Of a DNA stretch of 64,000 nucleotides, positions 10,979-25,335 are shown in pieces. Each line of letters begins with the position of its first letter. The first letter of the stretch is position 1. Made by a program: the position numbers and the translations under genes. Origin of the DNA: Camelus dromedarius (taxonomy: Eukaryota). The notes beneath the pieces were generated by a model. It was not told the DNA's origin and did no database searches. It was given only the letters and a program-made list of their open reading frames with translations. The stretch spans positions 74,092,001 to 74,156,000 of the forward strand of contig NC_087437.1 in assembly GCF_036321535.1 (NCBI RefSeq). Reading direction: 5' to 3'.

Positions 10979-11536
10979 CTGGAAAATGAAAATAAGGTTG
11001 TTCTCTCCACCTCTTGGGGTCTTTACGATCTCTTCTCTGCTTTTACCTTTTCCTCTCATGATTGTCATCCTTTTGTAGAGAACTCAAACCAACTACCAAC
11101 ACACGTCTATATGTTCTTCCAGATCTAGGATGCACACGCATAGACTACAATCTTTATATTTACTGCATATATTCTTCCTAAAGGAAATTTTATTATCTCA
11201 GCAATGGGCAAGGACTATCTTTCCAAGGACTGGTGGGTCTTTGATCCAGTCAGCTATGACTGGAATGTGGGGTTGTGGAGCTGAGGATGACGATTCATTT
11301 TAAAAACAAGATTGTGAATAGGAAGGCAACACAAAACACTGACTACTTCATTTTTTTTTTCTAGGAAACTAATTGTAACTAGTAAATAATAATTTATACA
11401 GAAGTAGTCAGGTTAAACTTACTGGTTTCTTTAGCCTTTTTGAAAAGAACTAAATGACCTCATTATGATTTTAATATCCCTATACAACTAGGACTCTAAT
11501 CTTAAAATCATCAGTTTTAATGCTCATTTGGATACT

Positions 11537-11990
11537 GTATCAGTACATTTCCTTGGAAAAGCAGACATGAAGGTGAGATTAGTCATTCAAGAGATTTATT
11601 GAATGAAATATTTGTGAAAAAGGAGGAAAGAGCAAGAGAGTTGGAGGAGCCCTCAGACCTCAATGCAGGTTGACTCCTGTTAAAGGAAGTAATAAGAAAG
11701 AAAGATTGGATAAGAAGAACCTCAGAATATAGTGCAGTTCTGAAAAAGCCTTGATGGTCTTCTTTGGCTTATCAGGAGCCCCGGAGCAAACTTTTCCCAT
11801 TAGAAGAGTCACTGATTGGGCAGTGGAATGACTGGAGTACCCTCACCAGGCACAGTCATTAGCTGGAAGGATCCTGAGAAGAGAGCAGCCTCAGCATGAA
11901 CACTTCAGTGCAGGCTGTCAATTAACTCTACTCTTTTAGTAAGTTCTCTTATCAAAGATCTGAACAGTGTACTCCTATGACTGCCTCAGC
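11537..11990 (-). mobile_element. Old ERV-L-class solo LTR (LTR16/LTR33-like)
   Basis: ttccttggaaaagcagacatgaaggtgagattag...tttatt is the reverse complement of the AATAAA...tctgcttc 3' end of this LTR group. Confidence 0.6.
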
Positions 11991-12789
11991 CACTGACTCC
12001 TACTGTTTGCTCCTATATCTTCTTCCCAACAGAATATAAACACCACACAATCAAATAAAATATATACCTTTGCTCGTTCCTGCATGTGCCCAATCCAATG
12101 TAGGAGACACAGTATTAATAAAAGGTTCTGTAGGTGTTAAAAGGTTATATTTAAGAGATACCTTGGCGTGGCAGTGGGTTATTTCCTCACAATGAAAGTA
12201 ATTTCTTTATTTTTAAAATTCAATAAACATCAGAAACTTTCAGGTTCATCAAAATATTTAAGACCTACTTTGGTTTACATGAGTAACGAAAACATTCCAT
12301 ATACCATATGTCCCTTTTAACAACCTGACTCCATAGATTAATTACAGCTAAATATTAAACATTGACTTTTCACAGTGTCTTTTATCATTTATTTCTTTGC
12401 GAGCAAGCTAGGATACTGAGATATAGTGTTTCATTTAAGATTTACAGATGATAAAGATTGAGCCAAACAGAAAGAAGGAAGAAGCTAATGACTTCTTCAA
12501 AATCACAAAATACATGAAAGGAAAAATTGAAATTAGGATTCACAAATGATGAACTTTTCATTTGCTACTCTCATTGATTTACACTGATGCTGTCTTTCTT
12601 AAAAAAAAAAAAAGCAGTATCTCTATATAGAGAAAAATATTTAAAGATCAAAACACTAAGTGTTGATGCTCAAATGAATATCCACTGGTCATCTTCAGGG
12701 CATCAAGTTCTCCTGGATGGGAAAAGTTGCTATGCATGGATTACTTGGAAAATAAAGGACCTCTTGAACTATCTTAATAATAACTATCA

Positions 12790-12975
12790 TTTACTTATTG
12801 GCTTCCAAATACTCTGCTAAGCAATTCATAAATATTACCACATTCTTAAAATGACCTCTTCCCTATTTCATAGATGGGGAAACTGAGCTAGAGAAAAATT
12901 AATTGCCCAAGGACACAGAGCTAGTAAGTGGCAAAAGTGGTATTACAACCCAACTCTCTATGACTAAAAATGTTG
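12790..12975 (-). mobile_element. MIR SINE
   Basis: Core motif catagatggggaaactgag...ttgcccaaggacacagagctagtaagtggca. Confidence 0.8.
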
Positions 12976-14275
12976 CTTAGTTACAACATCATGCTATCTT
13001 CTTACTTGGAGAATAACTTTTTAATTGAACAAACTTGGATTTCAAAGTAATTCTTGAAGAAATACATCCAGTTTGACTATAGAAATAGAAGATCCAGTAG
13101 AACTAAGGTGTTAGAGTCATTTCAGGCATTCTGACATTTCTAAGAGATTGAATGAAAGGAAAAGAAAATCTATATGTATTAAGTAATTAGTATGTGCCAG
13201 ATTTGGGTTGGTTTGTTTGCTTGTTTGTTTACTTATTTATAATTCTGATAACAACCTTATTCACATAGTTGGCATCTACTTTTTCCTATGCCCATCACTT
13301 CTCCCTTATTTGATTAGGATCCACTATTTAGGGACCTGCCCCTTTTCTCACTTCAGGCATGGCACTCCAGGGGCTGCTGTCAATTACACTATTCCATCTC
13401 CCTGGATTTATATGTAGAAAATTGATGTAGGCCAGTTTAAAAAAAGCTCTACCCTGGGATGTTTCCAATTAGATCCAAGAAACACAGGTCTGTGTTTTTT
13501 AGTGGAAAAGCCATGAAGAGAAAGCTGATCAAAGTGAAAGGAAAATAAAGGGAAGCAAAGAAAGAAATCCAGGCAGTACTGGAGTCTCTGGTTCTGAGCA
13601 TCCCCAAGTTTCATTCCTGTTCTTGATTCAGTTTGATTATATCAGCCAATGTATTATCTTAATTGCCAAAATACTTTTTATTGGTTTTCAGTCACTTGCA
13701 ACCAAAAGACTCTTAAGTATTTTGATAAAGCAAACAGGAATTTGGATGCTCAGTCCAACATCCAACAGTCCAACATCTCACTACCCAGTGAATGACAAAC
13801 AGGCTGGAATCCAAGCCAGGCTATTTCTCAATTTAATCTCCTTCTTTCCTCATTTATTCCTGTTCTACAACAGGACATAAATGTGTTTGAGTCACTGACA
13901 TACAACTAATAAGAATGATTACATTCTTTTTTTCATTCAGCTAAACTTGTGAGCAAAAATTAAGTGCTAGACACAGTGTCTTTATATACCAAGTCTACAT
14001 TGTTTCTACCTTTTGGGAGTGAATATCACCTTAGTGGCTGTAAAGAGTTAATCTAATTCACTCAAACTTCTTTTGGATAAATAAATCTTTGATTTCAGTT
14101 TAACTGAACAAAATAGGCACAAACAGGTGAAATCCTAAATATAGTTGACCTAACTCACATTCTATCTAAAGAAATACAGCTTTCACACATCCCCCCCACC
14201 CCCCGCTCCAATACCTTGGCATATCTTCCATTTCTTTTCACACATATCTGAGCAACTATTTTCTTCATGTGCTAC

Positions 14276-14378
14276 CTGCTTCAGAACATAGTTGTAAAAA
14301 GTTTCCCCAGAGAATGGTATAAATGCAACTTCAAGAATTAGATCATTGGAGTCAGTGCAAGGAATAAAAGTAGAAATA
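14276..14378 (-). other. Candidate exon (103 nt, phase 2-0) of an unidentified gene or pseudogene
   Basis: Strong acceptor tctcctcctcttccag, a single open frame ISTFIPCTDSNDLILEVAFIPFSGETFYNYVLKQ, donor CAG|gtagca. Confidence 0.4.
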
Positions 14379-16465
14379 CTGGAAGAGGAGGAGACAGCTA
14401 CTAATGCATTGAATTTCTGCATAAACTCAATCTGCTTTTCGCCTAAATATTAAGAAAATTAAATTAAACCAAATCAGAAATATAAAAACATCATTAGCTA
14501 ACTGAGTCTGACTGAAGTACATTAATTACAATGGAGAAAAGATAGGTAGATATTAAGGATTATATAGAGACTAATGAGGTTCTGAGAAAGGTCACCCATT
14601 TTTTTTCCTTACGGTTTTACTTACTTTTAAAAGGCAAAAAGAAGCTTGGGACAATATTCATCATTAAACGACCACTATACAGTATTTCTGATTAACATTG
14701 TTCACATAGTCATATGAATAATGGAAATTGATAGGTTTCTGATATATGTTTGTTTAGGTATTATGTGGAATTATCTACTTATTTCACTACAGTGTTTTAT
14801 TATAGATTCTTGAAGCCAATTTCTTAAAGTTAAGAAATTACATAGACCCCTCCCCCTCCTGATACAGTGATTGTATTTCTTGTATTTATGGATTGAGAAA
14901 ATACCTAAGGTGAAATGCTCTCTTAAGTTCAATAATGTTTATAAATAATTTTTGTATGTTACTTCTACAAAACATTTACATATATAAAAAATAGAATGTA
15001 TATGTTTAAATACTCTCTGTCTCTCTCTCTCTATATATATATACTGTGTGTGTTTGTTTACTGTTCTATTAGGATAATAAACTATGTGATCACCCTTTTT
15101 ATCATAGTAATACTAATATTTATCACAACTGCTTTTCTGTCTGTCTTTATTAATCTATAAACTCTATAAACTTAGAAAATATTCAAGATTTGAAATCCCA
15201 AAGTTAAGCAATACTTAGAGAATATATATACCATACTTGTTCTCAGGGAAATCAATTGCTTTGAATGCTACAAATATTAGTAGTTAATATTCTAGGCCAG
15301 GCTCCATGGTACAGATTACATATTCATATTACACCATTTCAGACTCAACAGTAAATAAATGACTGGAATAGGCATTAATATCTCAGAAAGGTTATGAGTT
15401 TATTCAAGGTCACAAAGCTAATAAGTTGCCAGGCCAGTTGTTAGCCTTTGTTTCTAAATATACTTTTATATTTACTGCCTCTCTGTGTGAAAAAAATCGG
15501 AAAGAGTCAGAGGTAAGGTTTAAAGAGCAACAAAATAAGTCACTCAAGTTTTGGCGGAGGTTGAGGAATGATAAAACAAAAGTTTAGGTTTCATTAAATT
15601 AGGAATTTGGATAATTCCTTCAAAGACTAGACTAGTGAATAATTTGTGAAGAAACAAGTTTTTCATTTGCATCTCCTACTTTGAACAGTTTTTTAAATAA
15701 TCCAACTTTTATAACTATCAAAATCAGGGTTCTAACTTAATGATAAAATATTTTTAAATTATATAAGAATTTATGATCCATACATAATCAGAAAAATAAT
15801 TGTGTTTAATTCTTACAGTGCTAGAATTTCAGATTTGGAATGTACATTTACTCAAACATTCTAACCTCTGCTTGAAAATTTTGAAGGGAGTAAAGAGAAA
15901 GGAAGGGGTTTTACTACTTCATAAGATCAAATATTCAAATTTTAAACTGTTAGATTTAGAATGTTAGATTTTAAAAATTGAATTGTACATAGATTTCCTT
16001 TCCCCTATCTTCCCCCACTGACCTTAGTTCTTGTCCTCTGAAGTTACTCAGGATAAATGCTCATAGGCATATATACAAATATCCACATATCTTTAACATG
16101 GTAGCCCTTCTGAAATTTGAAGACAGCTTTTTAAAACAGCATTTCACTATATATACCTTCTCACACACACGGTCTTCTCCAATATTTCTCCAGTTCTCTT
16201 TGTATCTTGATCTTCCTTCTTATTACCTAGTTTGTACATAATTCATCTCAATTGTTTCCTCCTGGTATCCAAGTTTGTCAAGTTCATAATATTGAACTAA
16301 CCCTGGATATAATCAGAACAATGTAGTTTCATAATTGTTCAAGATTTATTTGTCTATCTTAAGATTAAATTCATAAAATTAAAAGAACAAAATTAAAATG
16401 ATCTAGAATCTTATTTTGTTCAATGTTTACCATATTGCTTTGATATACATGTGCCTATGCATAGG

Positions 16466-16508
<43 letters not shown>

Positions 16509-16524
16509 GTGTGTGTATATATAT
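16466..16524. repeat. (TA)n(CA)n microsatellite with a short inverted tail
   Basis: Direct reading. Confidence 0.95.
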
Positions 16525-17008
16525 AATATGTTACAAAATTAAATCACCATTTATACATTTTTTATACATAGTAGTCAGCCAGGCACCTTTCATACACTCC
16601 TACACACATCCACAAAAGTTTGGCATTTGCCATTACTATTAGGATAGCACATACGTCCTTTTCTTAACATTAATGAGCTATTCTTTGAGAGCTACAAGGG
16701 ATTTCTTATAGGACAGGAATCCATATTGAGAGAAGCTGCTAGGAATGGAATTAAAATTAATAAAAATTTAAAAGGATAGAAACATTCTCTATGACATTAT
16801 CCTTATTGTGATCTCTGTCTTGAGTTTTTGAAAATGACCTCTGGATTTTACTATTGCCTCATAATTTTTCCATTCATTGACTGGGGTGAACTCCAAGAAG
16901 GCAATATCCACATGGACCACAATGAGAGCCAGAAATGTGGTGTCAAATCCAGAGAATTATGGTTTCACATGGGTACCACCATTGATAGGATGGATATTTG
17001 TTCTCTAC

Positions 17009-17112
17009 TTTGACCACTCCCTAGATCTTCTAAGAATATTTATTGACCCAATATACCGAGCAAAGCAGGAGTGCTTAAGAATGATGCAATGTGAATAACC
17101 ATAGTCTCTAAC
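17009..17112 (-). other. Candidate exon (104 nt, phase 0-2)
   Basis: Acceptor tctcaattctgtag, open frame VRDYGYSHCIILKHSCFARYIGSINILRRSREWS, weak donor AAA|gtagag. Confidence 0.3.
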
Positions 17113-18344
17113 CTACAGAATTGAGATTTAACTAATGAGTAAAATAGTAAAAGTGGAAGCCAGTATCAAAATTAAACTAAATTGGAGAATCATTTTAAAG
17201 ACAGTAAATTTAACAGATAAGATTTGGTTATTAGTTAAATTTTTCTAGCTCTCCTATGCAATTCAGTTTGGAATTGATGCTTATCAATCCTGGAAAATTC
17301 AGCATTATAACTAAGGTAAAGTTTGAGGTATTCTTAAGAATTTTTATAAAACTATGTTCACCAATAATACCATCTATTTAAGAGGGTTTTACTATTTCAG
17401 GAGGAAATGAGTAATATCTTCTAAGAAGAAACTTGTAGAGGAAGGAAAGTGATTTGTCTCAATGTTATATGTATGTATATGTGAATATACATACATATAC
17501 ATACATATACAAATATATAAAAAATTTCCTGTTTCTCATTTCTTAGACGAATATTAAATCTGTTTGCAAATATATTAAATATATATATTTAAATGTACAT
17601 GCAGATAATAAGGCAACACATTTTCTACTTTAAGATTTAACAATGACTTAGTTGTTTGTATCTTTGAGTTATCTACACCTGAGGTTCATTGTATCACATC
17701 CTAACTCAAGGCATCCACTTTCATCTAAGGTTGCTGATAGAACTATAGTAAGAAATACAAATCATTAAAGACGTGGCTCCAAGACTATGCTTTCATTGAT
17801 AATACAATTTTGAAACAATTACACAGACATTTACCATCGTGTGATGAACCAACAGATGAAATATAATTTGCCATTATCATTACTGTTCAATATTTTAACT
17901 TCAAAAGGTAGAAAGCAAATCTCAGAAAAAAGGCCAGTCCTTCAGAGTATTTCTCATTATGGAAAAAAACTCACTGCAGTGAATTTGCCCTCATCTTTCT
18001 CTTTTCATATCTGAATGGATTTTAAGCTCTATTTGGGAACCACTCCTCTGTGGACCTTGAAAAATCTAGCTCATTAAATGTTGCTAAGTATCATGACTTC
18101 AAACCCCATAAGTATTGTTACTGTTTTTCCTGTCTTATTTGGTTTCATTTGCCTCCACGTTTGCTAGCAATTCCCCTTTCTCAAAGCTCCATGGTCCCTA
18201 AGGACATACGAGGTCCAGAGTGCCCACAGTACTATGCAAATAACTAGTACTATTTATGCACTCTGTGCCTATAAGAATACAACAATAAGTTAGAACACAA
18301 TTACCAGCAACAAGAGAGAGAATCAGACACTTCTCTTAAGATCT

Positions 18345-18846
18345 GTGTAGCTTTTAACATCCACAAATGAAAACGGATGACACATTTTTAATACAAGGTA
18401 AGAAAATTCAAGGTTTCTGGATCAGAGACCATTATTACAAGCACACAATTCTCCACACTCCCTCCTCTTCCTTGAGGTGATGTGATGAGAGAAATTAGAG
18501 AGAGTCTCTATCACAGAAGAGGAACCCAGACATTATAAATTTTGCAGCTTATATAGGAACTGCTGCACAGAAGCCCCTCTTTCCCTCTAGAGAGAAGAAA
18601 AGCCGTTAAGTTTCCAATCTAAACAAATCCTCTCTTGGAGAAGACAGGAAGATCCCTACATGTTTGCAACTCTTTGGAATGTAAGTAAAAGGCTCCAGGG
18701 GAGACAGGGCTGTAAATCTCTCTGGAGGTCTCCAGTGTCCATGGCATGTTTATCAGACAAACATCCTTTAATCCTGGTTACCAGTAATTTTTGTTTAGAG
18801 AGCCCTAATTGTGCAAATGTATGAAAATATTAATTCTCCCTCAACA
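18345..18846 (-). mobile_element. Probable solo LTR, family uncertain
   Basis: About 500 bp bounded by TG...CA (the minus strand starts tgttgagggag), with a minus-strand TATA-like cctatataagc. Confidence 0.45.
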
Positions 18847-20004
18847 ATAGATACATGAGAGTCATATTTTATTTCACATGTATTACTCTCATGTCATTTC
18901 TGAGTCCCCTTGGGTTCCCATAAACTGTTCAGATTTAGTCTCCCTCTACTGAGCCTCTATGCTTCTCCAAGTCAACAGAGTTTATTGAGAATATTACTCT
19001 TGTGCATATTCGTTTACAAGGCGTAGTTAAAATTTGACCATGTTAGAAAACCCAACTCTCTCATCATGACTCTATCCTATTCCAGAAAAAATATACACTG
19101 TGTTTGCTTTTAAGTTGTTCAACTTTCTTTAGACATCTCTGCAGATGAGAACTTAATTGGGCATGGAGCAATCTTTTCTCAATCAACAATGTGCCTTTAA
19201 AATACACCATCTGCTCAAAGTGTTTAAGAAGGAGATGATAGATTTGCTCAAACTACCGTCCTCCATCACCACTGCACTTTCTCAACGGCTTTTAAAAATG
19301 ACTTTTACAAACACATAAAAATGGTCAACAGAAAGGAAAAGTTTTCAAGTTACATGTAACAGAAATTGGAATTTAAACTGCAATGAGATCCTAAGTTTGC
19401 TCATCAAATTACATAGTTTGTTTCTTTTTATTAATGGCCATATACTAACTATGTTGCTAGAAAAGAGTCACTTTCATATGTAGTTGATATAGTAACTAAA
19501 ACACTATTGAAAAATATTTCACTAGTATTTTATATATAGTATTTATATACTCTGATTAGTATATAGTATATACAGTTTTGTACAGTATCTAAAATGCCAG
19601 TGAGAAAATTTCTTTTTTAAGGAACTATTTGCCTTTTTAATTTGGTCTGGCTTTTTTTAATGGATAAAATTTTTAATTTTCTTGTCGTCCAGGCAATACA
19701 TACTTTTCCTTTATGATTTCCTAAATTAATTATTTATTTCTAAGTAATTTTCTTATTATACAAAAAGGTGTTTATCAGATATAAAACTAAAGTATAAAAA
19801 CAGTTACAATAGCACATGTGATATGTCCTTATCATTATTCTATTTCAGAATCTGCTAGACTAATCTTGCCTATTTAGATATATTTTGTCAAGTTCTGAAA
19901 AATATTCTATAGACATTTTGACTGTAATTTCAATAAGACCATAAATTTTTAAAGAAGTATATATGCAAATACTAAATCATCACATTTTGAAACATGACGT
20001 AATA

Positions 20005-20190
20005 ATAACAAAAAGGGCTTTTTACATGGCAGGCACTGTGCTATGTATTTTGAGTGCTCTATGCAGCTTAATCTTTAGAACCCACTCCGAGATAGGACTT
20101 ATCATACTCATTTTCAGGTGAGAGAAGTTGGAATTAGAAAGGTTAAATAACCTCAATGTTTCTAGTTAAGAGTCAGAGATAACTTTTATT
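20005..20190 (-). mobile_element. MIR SINE
   Basis: ggcaggcactgtgcta...cattttcaggtgagagaagttg...aaaggttaaataacct. Confidence 0.65.
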
Positions 20191-22734
20191 TTAAGCCTGG
20201 CTGAGAGAGAAATGCTAAATCTAACAGAGTAGATAAAAGGTTAAAGACAGTTTGTTTATCCCAGGATATAATTCAGTGCCAATCACACTTTAGTTGAGGT
20301 AACACAGATATGTCCAAGTGCAAATGCTCAGTGTGCAGTTGCACATGCAGGGCTTATAGTTCAGGAAAGATGCTGGTGATGTAGATGTAGGAGTCACCAA
20401 CTCAGACATGATCCCTGAAGTGGATAATTTCTTTAAGACAGTGACTAAACAGAATCTAGACAAAGAAGAGCAAAAAGCTGAAGTCTCAATCTTAAGGTAC
20501 TCCTAAATTTAAGAAGCCAGAGAAAGAATTAAAATCAGGAACATAGTTGGTCATGGAGGGACAAACCCAAGGCAGGAGAAGTGAAGAGCTACAAGAAGGG
20601 GTAAAAGATATGAGGGCTTGAATGCTGGAGAAGGTAAGTGTTCTGGAGATTGAACCTTATTTGTATATTACTGGTAACCTTTGGCATAGCATTCTTACAT
20701 GGAAAGTGGGAGTTTAGAAGTTAGCATCTGATGAGGAAAAGAAGATGACAAGCTTTCACCGCTGTTGATGGGAGTTTACTGTAAACAGAAGGGGAAAAAA
20801 AACAGGGTAACATGTACACTAGACTGAAATGCTGCAGAGAGATTCAGGAAATTGAAAACTCTAGGGGGAATAACTGGTTCTAAAAGAAAGAGGGCATGAG
20901 TGGTATTAGAATGATATCTCTCCAAGTATTTGATATTAAATTATTTTACAATTCTGTCCTGTAGAAACTGATACAAGATTTGCATCTTATATACATTTTC
21001 CATTTAAATTCCTCTCTCACATTTTTAGAATACAACATGCAGTTAGTAGCATGTTATCAGAGTTAAATTCTGCCATTTCGGGGATGCACAATCCTTAACA
21101 GTTTAGAAAATCCCTAACAGCAATTCCCAGGAATGGAATGTATGTATTCCTTTGTAATTAGTGGCCGCTTTGTATGTATGACCAGACTCCCAGGCTACTG
21201 GACAATGATAAATTACTTTCCTCATACTAGAGGAGTTTGCCCTTTCTTAACTTAGAATAATTACTAAATAACTTACTAAACAAATAGAAGTAGTCCATAC
21301 ATGTACCAATGATGAGTATATGCTTTGAATCAAGGATTAGTAATAATCTACAGTCCCATTCTAGATACTGGAGGTTAAAAAAAAAAAAACATAGGAATAA
21401 ATTTTATCTTGGTTATTTAGACTGGCATTAAATGACATGCACTTATGCCCCACAATCGTAGCCAAAAATGAGGTGAACAGGGAGAGTATGTATTTGCCCT
21501 GAGCATATACATCTAAAATGTAGAAATAAAAAAAAAATAGGTCATATATTCACTTCATTGGAGAAAATACGACTATGAGACATTTAGACAAGTTAATCAC
21601 AAGGAGACACATTTTCTGTAAGATTTCCTACCCCACCAACCCATGGCATAGGCTCTCCTCTACCAGCACAGCTTCCAAACCCAGACTTCATCACTTCAGT
21701 GAGAGCCTGCATATGGCTCTGATGTGTCCCACATCTCCTCCTCTGATGTTCTTCTGCACACTTTTCTTTAGAGTCGGTTCCAACTCCAATGCTTTAGGTC
21801 TCCAACGTTTTAAGTCAATTAATACAGATTAGATGTTTTATCCATTTAAATAACTTTCATTACAAAACATCATCTGACAACATAACTATAAAGTCTAGCT
21901 ACTACTCCTCCCAAATTAGCAACTGTTTCCAGAGGAAACTATAGCCATTCTTATCATTTTCTACCAAAGATACCTACCTAGAAATAAATAAATTGCACGT
22001 AGACTCTCATTATGGAACATTATCAAAAATCATCTTATTATACAAGCCTTAGTATAATTCACATTTCTAAAAAGTCACATAAAATTTAAAGTCTCATATC
22101 ACAATTTTATCATAGCCACCAAATGCACTGTAACTTGTGACACAACTTTACTTCAAACTTGATTCTTTAATTTTCACTAATTCATTTTCTTCATTGACAT
22201 GACACCCCTTAGATTACATTTTTACTATGTATAGTTCCATAGTTCCATAAAGATCTGAAAAAAGAGATTTGGTGTGGAACAACAGATACTCTAAACCAGT
22301 TAAAATATTAATAAACTAAATCTTGTCTCCAAAGCAGTATTTGATACAATTTCAGGTATTACATTGACAGGTTGAAATTAAGTGTGTATCTTTTTTCCCC
22401 CCCATATGAGAAACTAAGTCAAGATTGTTAAACTACTAAATACAAATGGTCCATAACATAAATTGGTATCTTGGGGAAGTCCTAACAATGAGGTGAGTAT
22501 GGTTTTCTTCAAAGTATTTATGCTTAAATCATCACACATTTTACTTGATGGACTGTGGAAAATATCCATGTACATGGATAATGATCGAAAATAACCTGTA
22601 ATTACCTTGTTTCTATTATAATAGGCAGACCCATACATACAATTACTGAATTAGGAAGACTGAGTTTAGTGAGTATCATTAGGTTGGTTCTACCACTATG
22701 TCAATTGTGAACTTCTTTTGATGGACTACATTAA

Positions 22735-22980
22735 AAATATTTAGAGCTTATTGAACACTTACCATTCTTCAGACAGTGCTAAGCACTTCACATCACTTAA
22801 CATCTTAAGCCTTAGAACCCCTCTGTGAGGTTGATGTCATCACTAAATCTACCAATTTATCAAAGGAAAAGACTTACCAAGTTTAAGTAATTTGCCCAAA
22901 CTCATGGAGATTATAAAGACACCACTAAGAATCAAAGTGAAATCTGTTTCACAGCAGAGCCGGAGTTCTTAATCATTATA
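22735..22980 (-). mobile_element. MIR SINE
   Basis: cttattgaacacttacc...cagacagtgctaagcactt...taagtaatttgcccaa. Confidence 0.7.
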
Positions 22981-25335
22981 TTCTATGGTACAGTTTTTTG
23001 AAAGCATCACTTTCATATCTAGGATGTTGTGCTATCAAACTGAAAAGCCTGAATGTGAAGCCCATTTCTCAACCTTTTCAGGGACTAACTTGGACTAAGT
23101 TATTGTATTACTCTATTTTTGCAACTGTGGGTTTTCTCACTGCTTTTCCATTACATGCGTCACTGCTGACCTACTGCAGCAGCCCTGTGACATTCTTACC
23201 CTGTCAGAGTCTGCTGCATTGTGGTGAGATACATGCCAATCTGGATCTACATGGAAGCTTTCCGGGTGGCTATGGAATATATTCCAAATGGAAAACTATT
23301 GGAGAGTGTGTAATGGTTCAATTTAAGCTTGCCATCCCAAATAAACATGTTTGTGGGCATGGTGAGCCTTCATTATGCAAAAGATTGAGCTGAGCACAAC
23401 AGTTCCTTCTATAAAAATATTCTTTGCTCACAATGATGTAGTATTGCTGATTACTATAAACAGCAGTTTGGTAATCTGTGAGTCCTGGAACAAATCATTT
23501 AAACTTTCTGTGAATCAGCACCAAAATAAAGAGACCAAAAGGAAAGACAGTAACTCATTGTGTATTTGTTTTTAAAATATTATTTAGTGGCATTATTACA
23601 ACATGTAATATTGGTCTTTTACACAAAAATGTATATACTCTTGAAGTATTTGTGATTTGTGTCTCCAAAATCAAGGTTGATTTTGTTGTATTTCTTTAAA
23701 TAAGCTAATTCTATTGCTAATAAAAATACAGACTGTTAACCTTAAAGAACAATGAATGCTAAAAACATAAAACTACTTGGTTATGTAAACTGGTTTTAGA
23801 ATACAAGTTTTGGATTCATGCTTTGTAGAATGTTTTCCATCTTTGAAGGTGTGTTAACCTATTAAGAGTGATTTTTCAATATAGTGATCATGCCTGAATT
23901 TTCACCAACAACTATAATATTGAAAGAGCCTTTCATTCTAGATCTTAAAATGCAGCTGTTCCAGACTGTGGAAATGTGATGAGATAAATTTTGTGGGGCT
24001 TCAGTCACAGTCTCAGACACATGTCATACATGTAGATTTGAACCTTGGAGGTTTTGCTACTCCCACTATGCTTAGTTTTAAAATGCTTCAGGCTGGTGTT
24101 GGCAGGAGACTTAAGTTAAGAAGCCCACTGCTTTTACACGAATCCAAAGAGGCTGTTTCATGTTGAAAACAGTCATACAGATCTTTAATAGAAAGCACTA
24201 AAGACATATAAAGCCAGTGACTATGGAGTTGATGAGAACCTGCCTATTTTTCAAAGTCATCATTTTCACTATTTCCTGTAGTTTCAATATAATTTTTATC
24301 ACCACTGAAAAGGATATCTTCTTCCAACTTTAAATAATAAAATCTGGTGATGTTAGGATATTTTTAAACTCAAAATCATATACACTGTCAGAGTTTAAGT
24401 ACATTAGTAAACCAGAGAACTAATCTATGATTTAACTTTTATCTGCTAAAACTGTTTTTCTCTATCATTTTTCCCTAACCTATTAAGTGATATAAAATGA
24501 TACTTCGTATATAATGAATCTTTACCTCATAGCTATGATCTCCTAAAATATCAAAGTTTATTTTTGTATGTGGAAGCAACTATGGTCCTAACAAAGTAAC
24601 TTGTTCTAAAATAAACTAGTGGCATGATAGTAAATTTAAACTACAATTCTGGCAGCATATTGCTTTGCCTTTATTATTTGGGTGGCTTTAGCCAAATACT
24701 GATGGTGCCAAATTCACAAAATCTGGAAACTGACTGATTGATGCTTGGATCATAATAATTTGCTATGACTTAATTCATTAACACATCAGTTTTTTGATAT
24801 TAGGTAATTCCAACATTTATAACACTTCAAGACCATTTTTGGAAGTGGGATTGTCAATTACTGTTAGCCAGTTAGAAAATTCTAACTAAATCTTTGTTGA
24901 TATTTCAGTGTGTTTTATGAACACTTATTTGCAAAACCACAATTCCTTGCCAATTCTAATTTCCATAACTGGATCCTACTTTTGCTCTAGAACATATTAT
25001 TATTACGCTACAGCTTGTGGGTAATGAACCACTCAAGATTTTGACAGAAAAGGGGATCAGAACTCTGCTTACATTTAGAATTGCAGAAATATTTCTCAAG
25101 CATGGAACCATGTAAACATTTGCCAGTTTTAATCCAGAAGTTACAAACTAAGCTTGATTTCACTGGCTACCAAATGTGGATCATCCAACATGTGTTAATT
25201 AACCTTCATGGGAATGATATTGTGCTTCATATTAAGAAGAATGTAAAGAAGTATGAACTATAAGCCTGGTACTCAAAGAGTAGAAATGGAAACAGTGTGA
25301 GCAAAAAGGGAAAAGATAACTTCAGTATCAGTGTA

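Noticed and set aside
22998..23393. 131-aa plus-strand ORF
   Set aside because: Non-ATG start and no recognisable motif; the stronger splice signals here are on the opposite strand.
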